Counted from the first letter of the stretch, positions 12,257 to 27,700 are shown. The stretch: DNA of 64,000 nucleotides from Sphagnum compactum (GCA_965153455.1 OZ234493.1:19148213-19212212); one strand, 5' to 3'. Program-made: numbers and translations. The notes: generated by a model not told the origin, from the letters alone.

Positions 12257-12885
12257 CTGTGTGCACTCCTGATGTGCTGTAACAGTTGCATACAGAATGG
12301 GATGTCAAGGTAGGAGGCAGAGTGTGAGCAATTGGGTTTTCCGGCCCACAACTATGTACAACTGCAGTGACAGAAGTACAGTATGATAGCTAAAATCATC
12401 TATCGGCAATGGTGGGAGTGAGGTCAAGAAGGCAATGTATTGGGGTGGAAGTAGTAGAATATGGCTGTCACTTCCTTTATGATAGGATCAAGGGTCTGAT
12501 CATTTCATCCTATTGCATGATCTTGCAATGCAATCTTGTGGGCTAACAGCAAAAGACCAAGGTGAGTATTTTATGTGCCCATTCTTCAGTGCAACACTTA
12601 GCTAATACAGGAGCACAAATAGGTCCATTTGTTACCCTAAATGGTTTGTGTTAGTATCAGATCTGTCTATCACAGTTGTGAGCAGGCTCTGTTGTGAGCT
12701 ACCTTCTGTCATTTGTGAGTGTAGGCCAAAATATCCGCAATATTCAAGAATTGCAATTCTCTGGTGCTTCAATATTATGCTAAATGGTCTCTGCAGTATA
12801 AATTGGTTGTTATTGTTTTTCCTGTGCACCTAGAAAATGTACCCCACTTTATGTCTTTGTGCTGGGGCTTGTGCTGGGATTATTT

Positions 12886-13035
12886 CCAGGTGTTGCAGTA
12901 GAGTTACTATGGACACTAGTTGGTGGTAAGGTTCAGTTTGTGGAGGCCACTGCAATGCTTGGAAAGGGGGACATACATTTGACAGGACGGCTAGGAGATG
13001 TCATCAAGGAATCATCACAAATTGATCTGACCTGG
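12886..13035 (+). pseudogene. Lon protease (peroxisomal LON2-like) isolated exon fragment
   Basis: [50 protein letters not shown]|gt matches the start of the Lon protease domain (PGVxVGLVWTxxGGEVQFVEAT..[21 protein letters not shown]). Conserved residues are altered and no other Lon exons are visible. Confidence 0.85.
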
Positions 13036-16000
13036 GTTTATCATACAAACTGCAGGATTTGTAGATTCAAACAGCTTGCTTCCCTCCTCTTCTTCATGAG
13101 AAAGTCCATGTAACAGACTGCCTAAAATGGAGGTTTATCCTTAGCACTTACAGACAACAAGTCTTGCCAAAGTGTATGATAGCGATATGAACTCGGAGCA
13201 AGCGCAGTGTGTTAATCTGGGGTGTAAAAATTTGTGAGATTTCTAATTGAATCAGTTTCTCAGAAAAAACTGTTGTATTTGGACCTTGATTCATGCCTTC
13301 TTCCGATGGGACTTTTGTGCAGAGGCAGCAGACATTGTAAGTTTCTGATACTGAAAGAAGGATCCACTTCCTCTAGACCATTATTGCAGGACTGCACATG
13401 ATGCAATCTTGGGCTTTCATGTTGGGACACCTGACCATCTGCCTCGACTTTGAATCGATGCTGCAGAATTCACCGGAACAAAAATACCACTTTTGGTTTG
13501 CTGCTGCTCACTTATCAAGGTTTTGTGACTACAGTCTGTTCATGTGCAGACTTTGTGGACTTTTGACATTACCTCTAGGAATGTGGCCTGAACCAAAACT
13601 CAGAAGCAAACCTCTTTTTCCTTCTGCAATGCCTACCAAAGATTGCAACCTGAAAGCAAATGCTCACAATTTGTCCAACTCATCACCAACATGCGCAACA
13701 GAGTGTTGAAGTGGGAGGGATCGGACAAGGCACCGTGGAACAATGAAAAGAAATATTGTCTTGCTTCTGTTTGTTGGAAACTGCTGCTGATGCACACACT
13801 TCTTGTTGGTATATCCGATCCTTGGCCGCAGATCGTTCAAGGACAAAAGAAAAGTGCCAAGATGAAATTGCCAGAGAAGGTCGAATTTGTATCGATGATA
13901 GACCACGGCCGAAGAACAGATTAGACTGGCTCATGAGGCTGTCAATCTGATAAGCGGCAGTAGAAGACTTTGCAGTAGAGATCGCTGGCCGCAACACAAA
14001 AACTCTCACCCTCTGCACACACAAGCCCCCTCGTCTGCGTCATCAATGAGTTCCGTGCGGGCATCTGTGGAAGAGAATGGCACTTCCACTGGTGTGTTCT
14101 TCGAACTACGATTCCATTCTTCAAAAATTGAACAGGCTCTCGTTGGACAGAGGGTTTCATATCGATCTAGAACGGAGCTGCTGGTCGAGCTGCAACATTG
14201 AGTGATGAGACGGAGAGAGTCACAATACACACTCAGTCAATTCATATCACATCTTCTGAGGCGAAACAGGATGCGCGAAAGATTCCAGTCTAAAGCGGCT
14301 AGGCAACACGTATTGAGGAGCACTTCTGTTTTGTGAGCAGTAGTGAGTACACTAATGGACCGGTGGGGGGATTGAACTTCACAAGGCCTGCAGCGCCATT
14401 TTTGACTGAAGCTGCAAAGCTCCTTGACAGTACCAAGACATTCATTTTTTATTGCAATGTTTTATCTCTCTCTTCTGTTTCTCTTGCCTTCGAGGTTTCC
14501 TCCTGCCAGAAATTGTTGTGCTTGTCATATGGATCATTGCAGTTTGCCAAATGAGTTAGTCCAAACTATTTCGTCTTTGATGCTTCTGCAATCTGCTGCC
14601 TAGAGCTTAGCACATGGTATTATACATGGGTTAATGACTCTGAAGCCATCATGACTTTGTATTTCCTCATAAGCTGCATGCATTTCTGAGCATGAGAAGT
14701 GCAACTTAGATGCATGCTATTCCATTATTTTGAACCCCAATGAACTACAATAAAATTCCAAATAAATAAATAAATAAATAAGGAAATTTTTAATTACTTA
14801 ATTTTATTATTTATTCATATTAATTAATTGGAATACTATTAATATTTTTTAAAATATTTTTCATTATCAACTAGCATATTATTTATAATTACTACATAAT
14901 ATAATTATTATTTAAATATTAAAACCATTTCAAATATTTTATTGTAAATATATTTATTTCATTCTAAAATAATTAATATTAAATATAAATATTCCATTTA
15001 TATATAATCAAAAAATTAATGTATTTTTGGGATGATTTTTAATTAATTATTTAAATAATATAATATAAATAAGTTATAAATTATATGTTATTCTATTTAT
15101 TTTTATTTCTATTTTTAAAAATATTTAATAATTTAATTTACCTAATTTCTTAATATTGAAAATTATTGTAAAATATTTCTACATAAATTTATTTCAATTT
15201 ATTTATTATATCAATTAATGCTATAATTTATTGTTAATTAATGTATAAATATTATCAGTCATAAATCGAAAATATATACTATTGAAATAAAATTTTATTT
15301 TAATTCTGAAAAATAAGCCAGATTTTATTTTCTGCCGTTATTCAATAAAATGCTAAATGATGTTTACAACAAAACAAAATCAGAGTCAAGTATTTTTTTA
15401 ACATAGAAATAAATAATAAATATTATATAATATGTCATTTTACTATAAGATATAAAATACATAACATGTAAAATTCTGCACATATTACATATAAATTTTT
15501 TATTTATCGAATATTTTTATCATCACTTATATATAATATATGAAAACATTTATTTGTTACATGCTATATTGATAAGAAATATATATATTTGTAAATAAAA
15601 TGAATATTATACTAGAGGTATTGATAATTTGTAATAGAAATTTCATTTAAAAAATAATTATATTTCAAAAATAATTTATATTTTAAGACTATATAATCAA
15701 AGTCATATTATAACATAAATTTTAATGTGTATGTATTTAGTATACCATATCTAAAAGTATTGTATTTTGTAAATATAATAACATTAAATGGTCTTGAGGT
15801 TAACATTATTATATGTTGATATATCATATTTTATGAATTATTTGTATTAAATTTCATAATTAAAATGTATTATGTCATACCAAAACAATCATATTTTTAA
15901 ACTTTCTTTCATTTGGACAAAGTATGAAAAAGATAATGATAGTTAAAGAAAGAAAATGTTTTCAAGACATCATTGTTGAAATGTATTGGACTGCAAGATT

Positions 16001-16658
16001 TACATGCAATTTTCTTCAGTTCAAATATATTTTTTAAATTTTTAAAATTTTTGTGTAGATTTTGGAAAACCTTTCATAATGAAGTTTAAATAATTTCATT
16101 TGGACATAATATGAGAAGGATATTACTAATTAAATTTGACTTTTAGAAAAGGTTTAATTGCATCTCAATTTAAAACTAAGGTGCAAATAAAACATTTAAC
16201 CCATATGTTTTGTCTTTGAATCTATGTTTGAAATATATTTGAATTTTCAATTATGACATCACTGATATTATAATGTCTCGCATACCTTAGGTCTGAAAAT
16301 TACGAAATTAATTCCATTATATCCTAATTGACAATATTTTTCAAAAAATTTAGAATACGCCCTAATTCCTTTGAAATTTTTACTTAAATATTGATTTATT
16401 TTTAATGAGACAAAATAAATATCCACTAATTTATACAATGGTTGTGGAAACAACACAAAATTAAGCCAAATCACCCCTAATGTTTGTCATAAGCTTTCCA
16501 AAGATACCAAGAACATGGTCTAAAGCACAACAATTTGGGAGCTCTCAAGTCTCAACATGACAAACAAACAAATTACATTCTTTTGAATAGCTACATCTTT
16601 AGGGTGAGGGCAAAAACAATTAGTGCACAACTACAATCCTTTTTTTCCTTAGCAAGGG

Positions 16659-16860
16659 GGGCCAAGGCAAATTGACCCTGACATTCTGATCATGGTTAAA
16701 AAACCCCATAATTTATAGATTTGGATTAAGGACCTTAATTTAGTATATGGAGATGATATTTATAAATATTTAGAGTATTTATAAATAGTTTAAATGGGTT
16801 TTGGGGTTTTTTTTGTTTTTACCATAATCCCAATGTGAGGGTCAATTCGCCTCCGCCAAG
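16659..16860. mobile_element. MITE-like element (about 200 bp), degraded copy of the element at 41707-41908
   Basis: Ends GGCCAAGGCAAATTGACCC ... GGGTCAATTCGCC form an inverted repeat. The interior (TTATAGATTTGGA..ATGATATTT..AATATTTAGA..TTTAAATGGG..TTTTACCAT..TCCCAATGTG) is shared with the 41.7-kb copy. Confidence 0.7.
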
Positions 16861-19800
16861 AAAGGGAGGATGGTGAGAGGAATGTGAGAAAATAATTATT
16901 ATAAACAATCATGTTTTTCTTTTCCTAGTAGGGAAAGGATGGAGAGAAGGGAAAGGGCATTGTCATCAATGACATTCCTTTTTGTCCTTTTCTTAGGGGG
17001 GGGGAGAAACATTTTCCCCATGCCCACATTTCATATGTCCCAATCAATGTTTTTTAATGTGGCGAATTTTCATCATTTTTTGAAAAAAAATGTGGCCAAC
17101 AACAACAACGCAATCGATTTTATTTTTTTAAATGGCCTAAAATTCGCAAAATTTCAGACAATTTTTTTTTTTTAATTTGCCAAATTTCTACCATAGGCTA
17201 TAGCACTTGTAGTCACATTAATGAAGGATTTTTGAAAAAATCCACAATGAGTTCTCTTGTGGAGCGATGGCAAAATATTGGCATTTATGATTGCCAACTT
17301 AGCAAAATCGAAAAACTCAAAAATAAAATTAAATCATCAATCCCAATACCATGGCATCACTAAGAAAATCATTTTAAAAAAGTTATGGCTGAAAAAAAGG
17401 ATATTTTTGATATTTTGTGTAAATTCAAAAAATGGAAAAAAAATGGGGAAAAAAACACCAAAGTTTCAAAACCATAATTTTAAAATAAAAAATGCATGAG
17501 ATTCCTAGTAAAAGTGGGGAGGTGGACATTGTTGTTGATGCTTTGCCGTTTTTCCTATTTTATTTTTTTAAAATCTTTTTCTTCATTTTTTAATTTTGGG
17601 CATTGTGATGTAACTAGTCCAACTCTGATTTTTCATCTTCTTCTAAATGGGAGGGTGTCAAGGAAAAAAATCCTCTTTAGTGTTTTTTTCTTCATTCATT
17701 TTTGTGATGTAGTTATAACGACAATCATTTGTAAGACAATTTAACTAAATTTTGCTATAAACACAATTTATGAAGATAAAAAAGTTTAAGCATGGATGTT
17801 TAAACTTTTTGTGGATCCTTCACATTTTGTGTTAAATCAAGCCTTAGGGAAGAACAATCCTAAAATAATTGGCTCTCATGAGGTAAAGTCAAGGCAAACC
17901 ATTTTCTTAAAAATGCGCTCCCTTAAGGCTTTCCCATGGTTAAAACACATCTACTACACAATGTTCTAAATTCGAAAAGTTCCCATTTAAGGAGAGGACC
18001 ATTTTAAAAACTCAACAAGGAAATTTTCATGCTTGTAAATACATTGTGAAAACAACAATAGCGTTTTAAGCTATATGGTAGAACCCAACAAAAACAATGG
18101 ATTTTTTTATCAAAATATTTTTTTTAATTTAATAATTAAAACCCAAAAAATCATAGTAGACAATGGAATGCATGTAAAGCAAAGGTGAATTGTATGCATA
18201 CAAGATTGAAATTCACACAACCTCTAGATGTAAAAAAAAATAGCAAATCCCTTGACCTTGAAATGTGATCATTCAATGTATAATTGTATGGCTTGAATGC
18301 AATATTCATGCGAATGTCCTTTTCCTTTGTTTGATTCTTCATTTGTGCAATAATGTTTGACAATCATGGATGGATGAAATTCATCCATATTCATCTACAT
18401 TCATCCTTGCCCACCTACCATTGAATTCACATCCATTACAAATATGTACATGAAGAATATATGTGTTTTGTCCATACATTCTTTTCAATGGATGTTATAA
18501 GATATTTATTTTTCATTCCTTACAACATTGAATGCTTGCATGGTAACCCCATGCATTCTATGAAAATGCACTCCAAAAAGACAACCTCTTAGAGCTAAGG
18601 ACGGTAGTTTGGGGCCTAGGGGTGAAATTTAAAGAATGCTTGGCATACAAGGCATTACTCTCAATAAAGAAAAAAGGTTCATTTCTTCATTTTTCATCAC
18701 GTGGCATCTTTTTCAACCTCCTATCTTGGTGATGTTTATATGAATTGAAGTTGTAATTGACAATAATTTTGAATCTCTAATTCGCCACAAGACAGTGCAA
18801 AGAAATGTATGGTTCAAGAAAATACTTTTAAAAGAATGCATTACACAAGATTGTAATGCATTAGCACTGACAAGGGGGGGCAAGGGGGGGTGGAAAGGGG
18901 GGGGGTTTAATTTGGTTTATAATGGGCAAATATTTCAAAGGGAAAACATGTTTGGTGCTTTATGCATGTGATGATTTTAAACATTTCAAATATCATAATG
19001 GAATGTAAATTTATATGTGGGAATAAACCCTCCCATCTTTGGAACTTAAATAATCATTCAATGAAATAAATATGCTATTTTAAAATAGTGATGAAAATTT
19101 TAATCATATTTCTAAAATTGTTAGTCATTGGAAAATATTGAATTCTACTCTAAGCTCTTGGTTAATTATGAACTTGTTCTATTCATAAAGATTAGTGAGA
19201 TTGAATTGAATCCTACACCCCCAACACAAGTAAACACATAGGTTATGTAGGTAGGGAAGTAGGTTGGTTGGTTGTGGGTAAGTTTATTGTAGGTAAATAG
19301 GTAGCTAACGGGTTGGTTTTGGGTAAGCATAATGTAGGTAGGTAGGTTGTTGATAGGTAGGTAGTTAAGTAAATACATAGGTTGTGGATAGGTAGCAACT
19401 AGTTAGCTAGGTAATTAGAAGGTAGGTTGTGGATTGCTAGGTAGGTAGGTTGATTGGTTGTGGATAGGGCATAGATTTAAATAGGTATAGGTTGGCATGT
19501 ATGAAAATATTAATCACTTATCTATTTACCTACCTCTATATTTGTTATGTAATTTCCTACTTGTACACACACACATAATGCACAAAAATGTGAAATAAAC
19601 ATGTTCATTTCATTGTTGTGAGGTCTTTCAATGCATTGATTAAAGACTTGGTGTGTGTTTTCTTCTAGTGGTCTTGGTGAGGATAACTCCATTAATCAAA
19701 ACCTTCATGTTTTCTTCCCCATTGTCATGGTTTTTTGACCTCATATTCATTCCAACAAAAGGTGACCATGTACACCAAGCGATTTCATTGGATTATGAGT

Positions 19801-20874
19801 GAATTCATTGATTATAGTGAATAAGACCTAGTGGGGAAGTAGTGAATTCACTGGTCTAGTAAATGGGGACTAATAAATGGTTATTTATCCAAGTTTTATA
19901 AAAACAAATTTAAAAACTTGTATCCTTGATTGAGACATGTTCTGAAAGTAACAACTATCTTGCTAATTCAACCCCACCTCGCCCCAAAATTATTGTTTAA
20001 AAAATTATTATTATTATTAAAAAATGTCATCAATTCTAAAACAAACATTCATAATCATAGGACCAATTAGGCCAAAAAATACAAATACAAATAAAAAAAC
20101 CTTACTAACTAGTTGGAATTGGAACCTGGAAAAATCAGATTTTGGGGTGGTTTTGACTTAGGTCCAATTATAGCTAGAGGCCATTCTCAATTTTAGTTTT
20201 GAAAAAAAAATGCACAATTTGTGATTGATGGTTTGGATAATTGGTAACCAAACTAGGACCCATAATCAAAATTGACCCAAAAACTAAAACCGACCAACTC
20301 TGGTTCAAAGTTCAAATATTTTAAGCTTTATTTTTTTGAAGGAGATATTCTCAAATGTCCCCCAAGTGTCAATGAAAAAATAATGCATATATATGTTTAG
20401 GGTGTCAATAATACAAAGCAAATACATATTTGTTTACCAGGGTGAATTAACACCCAATTACACCACCTAGGGTAATTTCACGTTGTGGTGATGCTAACAA
20501 TGATTAGAGGCCACCAATCTTACCATTGAAACCAATTCCTTGTAATTTTATGACTATACACACAAAATTCCATTTGTGTATTATAATTTTATAATTTTTT
20601 TTAAAAACCAAATGGAATAGTTATGAATGGTTCCTACAAATCCTTATTTTCCCAATAAAAGGTAAAACAAAAAAATCATGAAGATTGGGTTAGGAAGGAA
20701 AAATCAATTGAATTTGTTTACGTGCGAAGGTGAATGACATAGGCTTACCCTATGCTATCCTATTATCAAATAATGTTTTATATTTGTATTGCCACTACAA
20801 AACCTTTGAAAAATGATATAATTAGTACCATTGGAAAGCTTTCAATGTGTATGGTGCAACCAATCATTTTTTTT

Positions 20875-21550
20875 TCAATTTTATAATGTAACTACATTGG
20901 CAACCATCCATAAAAGGATTTAGCCACATTTGGCTAACTTTTTTTAGAATCTTGCTACTTTTTAGCTACTTCTAGGGGCACACAATCTAAACGTGGTGAA
21001 CAACACCTTATCCCCTATTTTTTGGTGAATGTTTTGAAAACCAAAAAAAACTCACTGAACACCTCGCAAGTCATTTTTAGATTTTGCATTGGTGCGAAAT
21101 TTTGCAGCAAAAAAAATGTTGGGTGCAACTTGTTGGTTTTAGAATGTTGGAGCCAAGGTCCAAAAGTTATTGAATATGGAGTATTATTTTAGCCACATTT
21201 AGCTAAATCCTCAAGTGGATTATTTCGACTTTGGGGGAAACATGAAATTTTGTTTTTAGGATAACATTGAAATGAAACAATGTTTTATTTTATGGTGAAT
21301 TTTCATGAATTTTGAACTGAAAAATATGATTTCGACCTATACAAAACATTTTTTGATGACAAAAATGGCCCTAATTAGCCAAATTATGAGGAAGTTTTTT
21401 TTTTCAAAATTGCCAAATTTTTATCATAAGTTCTAATAGGTAGCCAAGGATAAGGACGGATTATAGTTTTCTTTAATTTTCAAATCTAATAGGTAGCCGG
21501 ATTTGGCTAAATTATTTAAAAATTTATCACCACCCTAGTTACATCACAAA
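20875..21550. repeat. Fragments of an AT-rich interspersed repeat family (also at about 17040-17330, 17690-17765 and 41370-41590)
   Basis: Recurrent motifs GATTTAGCCA(C/A)ATTTGGCTA, TAGGTAGCCAA and TTTGTGATGTAG or its reverse complement appear at several loci in both orientations. Confidence 0.55.
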
Positions 21551-24500
21551 TTTCATTAAGAAAAAAACCCTATATGAAGGTGTGATTTCAAAACGAGTAG
21601 GTTGGCATATATGGGTTGGGGCCTTTAAAATACAGAGCCCAAAATTACAATCGCAAAGTAAGTTTGCCAGATCACAATGGTAATTACTAAATACAACCTT
21701 TAAGAATGGGTAGCTTAATGGTGTGGGATTAAGGACAAAGGTTTTTTAGGGTTTTTTTGTTGCAGCTGAAATCACAATTGGTCATAGGAAGATTTATAAC
21801 AAACTAGCGGGTGGTTTAATGACCCATTTTCAGGGTTTGCATAATCCACCTACTAAAAGCATTTGGCATTTCAAGGCCTATAATAGGTATTGCAAAGTTG
21901 TTTTTGCGTAACAAATTAAATTGCAAGCTTTTATTAGTTGATCAAAGTCAATTCCTTTTCTTTTTGGATTATCATTGCAAAAAATGATGATGATGGATGG
22001 TTAGTGGTCTCGGTGTTGTTGTGTATGTTTGTGCAAGATGGCGAATAGGGAGCCTCACAACAACCTTCCTAAGAGTAGGTGTGGCGGAGGATTTTAGAGT
22101 GAACATATAGTTGTTAATGATCCACCAATTAATGTCTCCTTTAAACCTCACACCATGCTTCTGAACAACTAGTTGAATAGACTAGTGAACCACAATTAAG
22201 GAGGAGGGTCGATCAATGATTATATCCTTTCCCACAAATGGATTGCTTGACATTGATAAATAGCAGTGCATTTCGAGGACGCCAAGCAACATTGTTAGCA
22301 CCAATGGCTTGGAAGTGACCTTGGTCGAATGTAGTGAAACTTCTAAAGGCTCATTTGAAATGGTTTGGTTTACCCCAAACACTTGATTTAATATGGTTGA
22401 CGGGAAGGAGAAAATTGTGGTTCGATCTCTTAAGGCTCAAACTTTGGAAATGAGCCTATCTCCTAAAACTCCTTAGCCTATAAAGATAGATTGCACGCAA
22501 TTCCAATTGGATCTACTCAAAGAGCCATTGCTTAGATGGCTGTAAAAGCCTATAGAAGACCAAAGCTTGCCACAATTGGTGAAGTTTTTACCGTATAAAC
22601 AAAAAATGGCAATAAGTGCATTTCAAAACATTTTGAACAAAGTCAATAATATGTAGAATTTGTTGTCCATCTTCGAAAGTTGCTTGCATTACAAATGTTT
22701 TATTCCTTACATATAAGGTAACTATTAAGTTGGACATCGATCTACACTTCTTAATTGGTGTTGATTGGTCCTTACTTTTTAGAAGAACATACATGTCTAC
22801 TAGGTCTAAAGCTTTTTATAAAATGAAAGACCCTTTGCTTTTGGGCATTGATTAAATGTTGAAACATGTGTAGTTTGCCTAGGTCCCATTACGGTATATG
22901 TTGATGTTAAAAAAATTTGGACTTGGACATACCAAGTGTGATTGTGTTAGTAAAATGTTAGAGAAGCCATTACATATGAGCATCAAATTGGTTAGATAAT
23001 GTTCCTATATAACAACTTAGGAATATCCAAACTTGTCATTATTACCCTGTCATGGTATGCACAATGTGATCTAGTAGTTGAAGTTATAGACACATGAATA
23101 AGGGATGATTGATTTTCCTCAAGCAAATTCACTTGGCTCCATCTAGGTCATTTGGAGACCTATGAGGTAGAGGGGGGATATTCAAATTGTATACATGGTA
23201 GACCTTCCAAGACAATTGATGCCATGGTAGCTGGAAGCCTATGCCCATTAAATAGACTAGTATGGGACCTTGCACTTGCTTGTGATGGAGGTTGCAGGTA
23301 ATAGTTTGGGGCAAAATGGAGTCTCTGATAATTTGCAACATCCGATACCAATGTCAAGTAACTCAAGTTGTCAAGGACAACCTAGTACTAATACTAGTGA
23401 AGGCAAATGTCCAAACTAATCTTGATGCCCAATTTTTTGCTTTTGTAACTTTCAACATACTACGAAAGGTTGAATTATATTTCCTTCCAAAAAATGGACT
23501 TTGTAAGGTTAGGTTTGGAATGATAGCTATAACCTGATGTTAGAGCCATCATTTGTGGATGGCAACGACTTTAGGCTTAATCTGATGGCAAATGGAGGGA
23601 TTTCTATAGGAGGACCTGTTGCTAATGGAGATTGTGCAAGCATGGGGACCCCATAATGTTAACATAGTCTTGGGGAAAGGGGATGGTTTCTAAGACAATA
23701 GGAGGAAGATGAATTGACAAAATCCAAAATTCGTGCCTTCTTGGATGAAAAGGCTTTGGAGTTCAAAAAGCTCCAGACACCACTTCATGAGGAACTTTAT
23801 GAAACCTCAATGAGGAGTTTATAAATTCCTGCATCAACTGGGCATGCAAAAAGTTTTATTTCACCTTTGAACCATGTTATTGCGAAATAACAAACGCACA
23901 ACCCCAGCAAATCATCGGGCAATCTCAGTGGAAGGTCAATTGGAATTAGCAACCAAAAGAGTGAGATGAATGTGAATTCTGGGAGCCCCAATGGAATTAG
24001 AGCACCTTCTCCTAGTGTCAATTGTTCCCCTCTTTTGGAAATTTCGTTAGTAAGGTTGAATGAATTGAAAGGTTTTATTAATGATACACAACAATCGCTA
24101 CCAAGCCCTAGTCTGAGTTATAGTCAACGTCAAAGGCTATGGAAATAGGAGCGTGAGCATGAGCTTAGAATGAAGCAAGAGGAGAAACAAAAACAATTGG
24201 TTAAACAAGGTTATCCAATGTCTCCACCCAACTCAAAGGGGCTTCAATGACCTATTAGTCGTCTGGCTACTACTTCCCAAATTTAGCAACTTCATCTCAT
24301 TTAAGGATTTGATTTGATACTCTATTTGTAGTCTTCCCCCAATTCTAGTCCATGGTGATGGGTTGCCCCTAGTTATGTACTTCCCTTCTATAGGGTGCAA
24401 GGTCTTTCTTTCCCTATGTCACTATTTTTTTTTCTTTCTTTGTGTCTTTTTATATTTGTGATCTCTTGTATAACATGTTTAGACTCTCATTTGGAAAGCA

Positions 24501-27500
24501 AGATTAGTTACCAACTCCAACCTAACAATGGGTCACCTTGGCCCTCATCTTTGGCTCTTTTATTGTGTATCTTTTAGTTAATAAAATTAAGGTGTTTGTG
24601 GATTTGTGAATGAGACAACTTATAGTTGTGGAAGGTTTCATTTTTTGTGGTTTAATTTTGGCTTATTATTACATTATGCTAAAAGTCTTATGAAGGTTGG
24701 CATTCCTACACAAATTATGAAGTTATTATTGTCTTTCCTTTTTGTTGTCTATCTCCTATTACACAAATATTGATAATTGGAACGTTCCTCATGTTGTGTG
24801 TTCATGTCATTTCTTGAAAAAAGTTAGGTTGACCACATATAATAGGGGTTATTGCCAATAATTCATTTGCCAGAAATGAAGTAGTTTCGGTACATGTGGT
24901 AGGAGGTCTTGAAACAATCATGCATTTGTCAGTGTTTTAGTTCCACTAGGTTATATACGTTTCAAGGAATTCTACCAATAGGAAACTCATCTGCAAGTTG
25001 ACAAAATTGCGTCCCTTTCAGGGGTTTGGGGCTAGGCATGGATCCGGATATTTTTAGTGAAAAAATGATTTTTTTGTTGGACTTCAGTTTAGAGCTTCAG
25101 GGGACTTTAATCGTTGATCAATTGTCATGATCAATGATTAGCTAGTGGATGGTGACTAAGATCATCTCACTAATGGATGGGTTTCTCTTCTTTTTACTCC
25201 TGCCATTGTTGTGCTACTGTCCTTGTTGTGTTGGTGTATGACACAAGCAAGTAAACCTATGGCTAGCATGCATGCATTTGCTTGAGGACACATGTTTTTC
25301 ACCTTCACTTTTAGTTTATCCATTATTGTTACTCTTCCTTTTAAGATTGGAAGTGGGGTATGTTGGCCATTTGGGTGTAATCACAAGAATTGGAGGATGG
25401 ATTTTCAGAGTTACTAGGGTTGTTAACACTAGCCTTTGGGGAATGTGGAGTTCCATTGGTTGGTGTTCTGGATGTGGGGTTTGGGGATCATTTGAGCTTA
25501 GAGTTGTTATAGTAAATTGCAATCCTAATTTTCCAAAAGAAGTTTAGGTCACTAAGACATTTGCCATACTTGGATTGTCCTTTTAACTGCTACAAACTTA
25601 TTATGGCTTTCGGCTCTTATTTGTTGCTTGATATGTGGCCAAAATGTTGTGATTGAGATTTAGTGATGTTGTTGCTTGGGATGTAATGATTTTTGGGGTA
25701 TGTGAAATTTGAGCAAGGGCAGAAGGTGTTGCAATATTTGGACTATGGGGATGACATCATTTTCCTAATAATTATGAATATGTGCTCATGACACATAAGG
25801 TGTACAAATGCATGTGATGCATCAAAAGACTTTCAAGCATGAGACATGGTGAACACCATTATTATTGCAAGGAGATCATTGATGTGTGTAATGTTTCATT
25901 TAGTTTTTTTCTTCAGGTAGCGCAAATTGTTTTATGATTTAGCAACAAGAATCTACCATTGCCCTTGTTTTCACAGCACCATGATTTAATAATCCTATTT
26001 CCATGCATCTAGTGTTTATTTTAATTTTTATATCCCTCTTTGGTCATTGACTTTCTCATTTTGTAACATCCAAGTGATGGACTTAATCAAGCACACAACT
26101 AGATGTAACTGATAATATGCAACTTTACATTTATGTGCAAATTTGCTGAACTTCTTGTGATCCTTTCACAAGTAAATATTCATCCATAACTCTCTCTTGT
26201 AGCCATTTGAGATACATGATAGTTTTTTTCTCCAAAAATAACTTTTAATTCATTCAATGCAAGCGTACCTAAAATTGTATCTAGGTATGCCAATTTTACT
26301 CAAATGGAGTCATTGTTCATATTGTTGTTCTATTGTGGAAGAGGTTGCGGCTGACCTAAAGAGGAAGTTGGCACAAGCTTTCACAAAATTTGAATACTTT
26401 TTCAGTTTCTTTTCCCCCTCCTATCATCTTTGCTGCCAAAAGAGTATGTGGTTGAACTAAGGATAATCGGTTGGCTCAAGCTTCCACATATTATTTGTCT
26501 GTTTTTTTCATCCTCCTTTTGTTTATTGCTACTCTTGGCATCTTTGCTATCAAAAGGGCTATGGTCAAGCTAAAGAAGTGGGTTGATGTAAGATTCAATA
26601 CATTTGAACATTTTTGTTTTCCCTTTTCTTGGCAATTTGTTTGTTGTTGTTTCATCTCCATTGCCATAGGTGTTATGGCTAAGTTGATCAGACAATCTCG
26701 CAAGTTCTGATGTGTTTTCTTTTACTTGGTTTTGTTTTGTTTTGTTTGTCATCCATTTGTGGCTACTCCTACCATCTCAAAATGGGTAGGTTTTGAGTGA
26801 GCTAATGAAATGGGTGATGTTGATGATCAATTTTGATATGTATATATTTGAATCATTTTTAACACAGTTGCAATGCATTTTGAGAGTTGGAATATGTTCA
26901 TGTGAGATAGATAGTAAGGATATGAGGACTACCAAATGAACATAATTCAACCTTATGTCGTATATAGACAAGGGCAACAAAATATTATCGATGCACATTT
27001 CAAATGTTCAATTCAAGAGGTGAAATCAATTAACCCTTCACATAGGTATCCATGAAGTAAAATTGTGGTAGTTTTATTTTTATTTTACTCACAAGATACT
27101 CAACAACAAAATCCTTTATTCTGAAGCTTAAATTTCAAACCATTAGCAAATAGATGGATGACACAATTTTTCGTCCCCAAAACATCCACATTCAAATCAT
27201 GTTGATAAATGGTAAATGATAAAAAGGAGAAAACACACATGATGATTGTTAGATTTGGTGCATTGCTTTGACCAGTAGTAGGAAAAGTTGAAGAGAATTC
27301 AGATCTACCTTGGGTGAGAGACAAATGCACCAAACATCTTCATTGGGAAGAAAAACATAATGATAAAAAATGTAAATAACCTTTCAAAAAAATTCCATGC
27401 ATTTTTCAATCATTTCTCTTAGTGAAATGTGACATTTCAAAATATAAATTAACCTTCTTCCATTGGGGTTGATCCCAATTTGATTAGGAAAGATACTTTT

Positions 27501-27700
27501 CACTTTGTAAGGTTCCTAGAATTTAAAAAATTCTTAAAGTGATGAGTTTGGATAGAGTTTTAGATTTAGTTTGTTCTTTTCAAATTTCCCTATTCTAAGT
27601 TCCTTGTGTAAAGTAAAGACCTAAGATAGGGGCATTCTCAAAATAAGGGGTCTAGGATGAAGCAATAGCCAAGTCGAGCCCCACATTTTGGGAATATCCC

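Noticed and set aside
13290-14230. GC-balanced region with several overlapping 60-110 aa ORFs
   Set aside because: No recognisable domain or consistent exon chain; it may be another decayed gene but cannot be supported.
14750-16400. Extremely AT-rich tract as a possible organellar or foreign insert
   Set aside because: No gene or RNA motif was seen, and similar AT-rich spacers occur at 50.7-52.5 kb.
21990-27000. Possible LINE ORF1 or transposase remnants
   Set aside because: Composition suggests old coding or TE sequence, but I could not read a convincing RT, endonuclease, zinc-knuckle or DDE motif in any frame.
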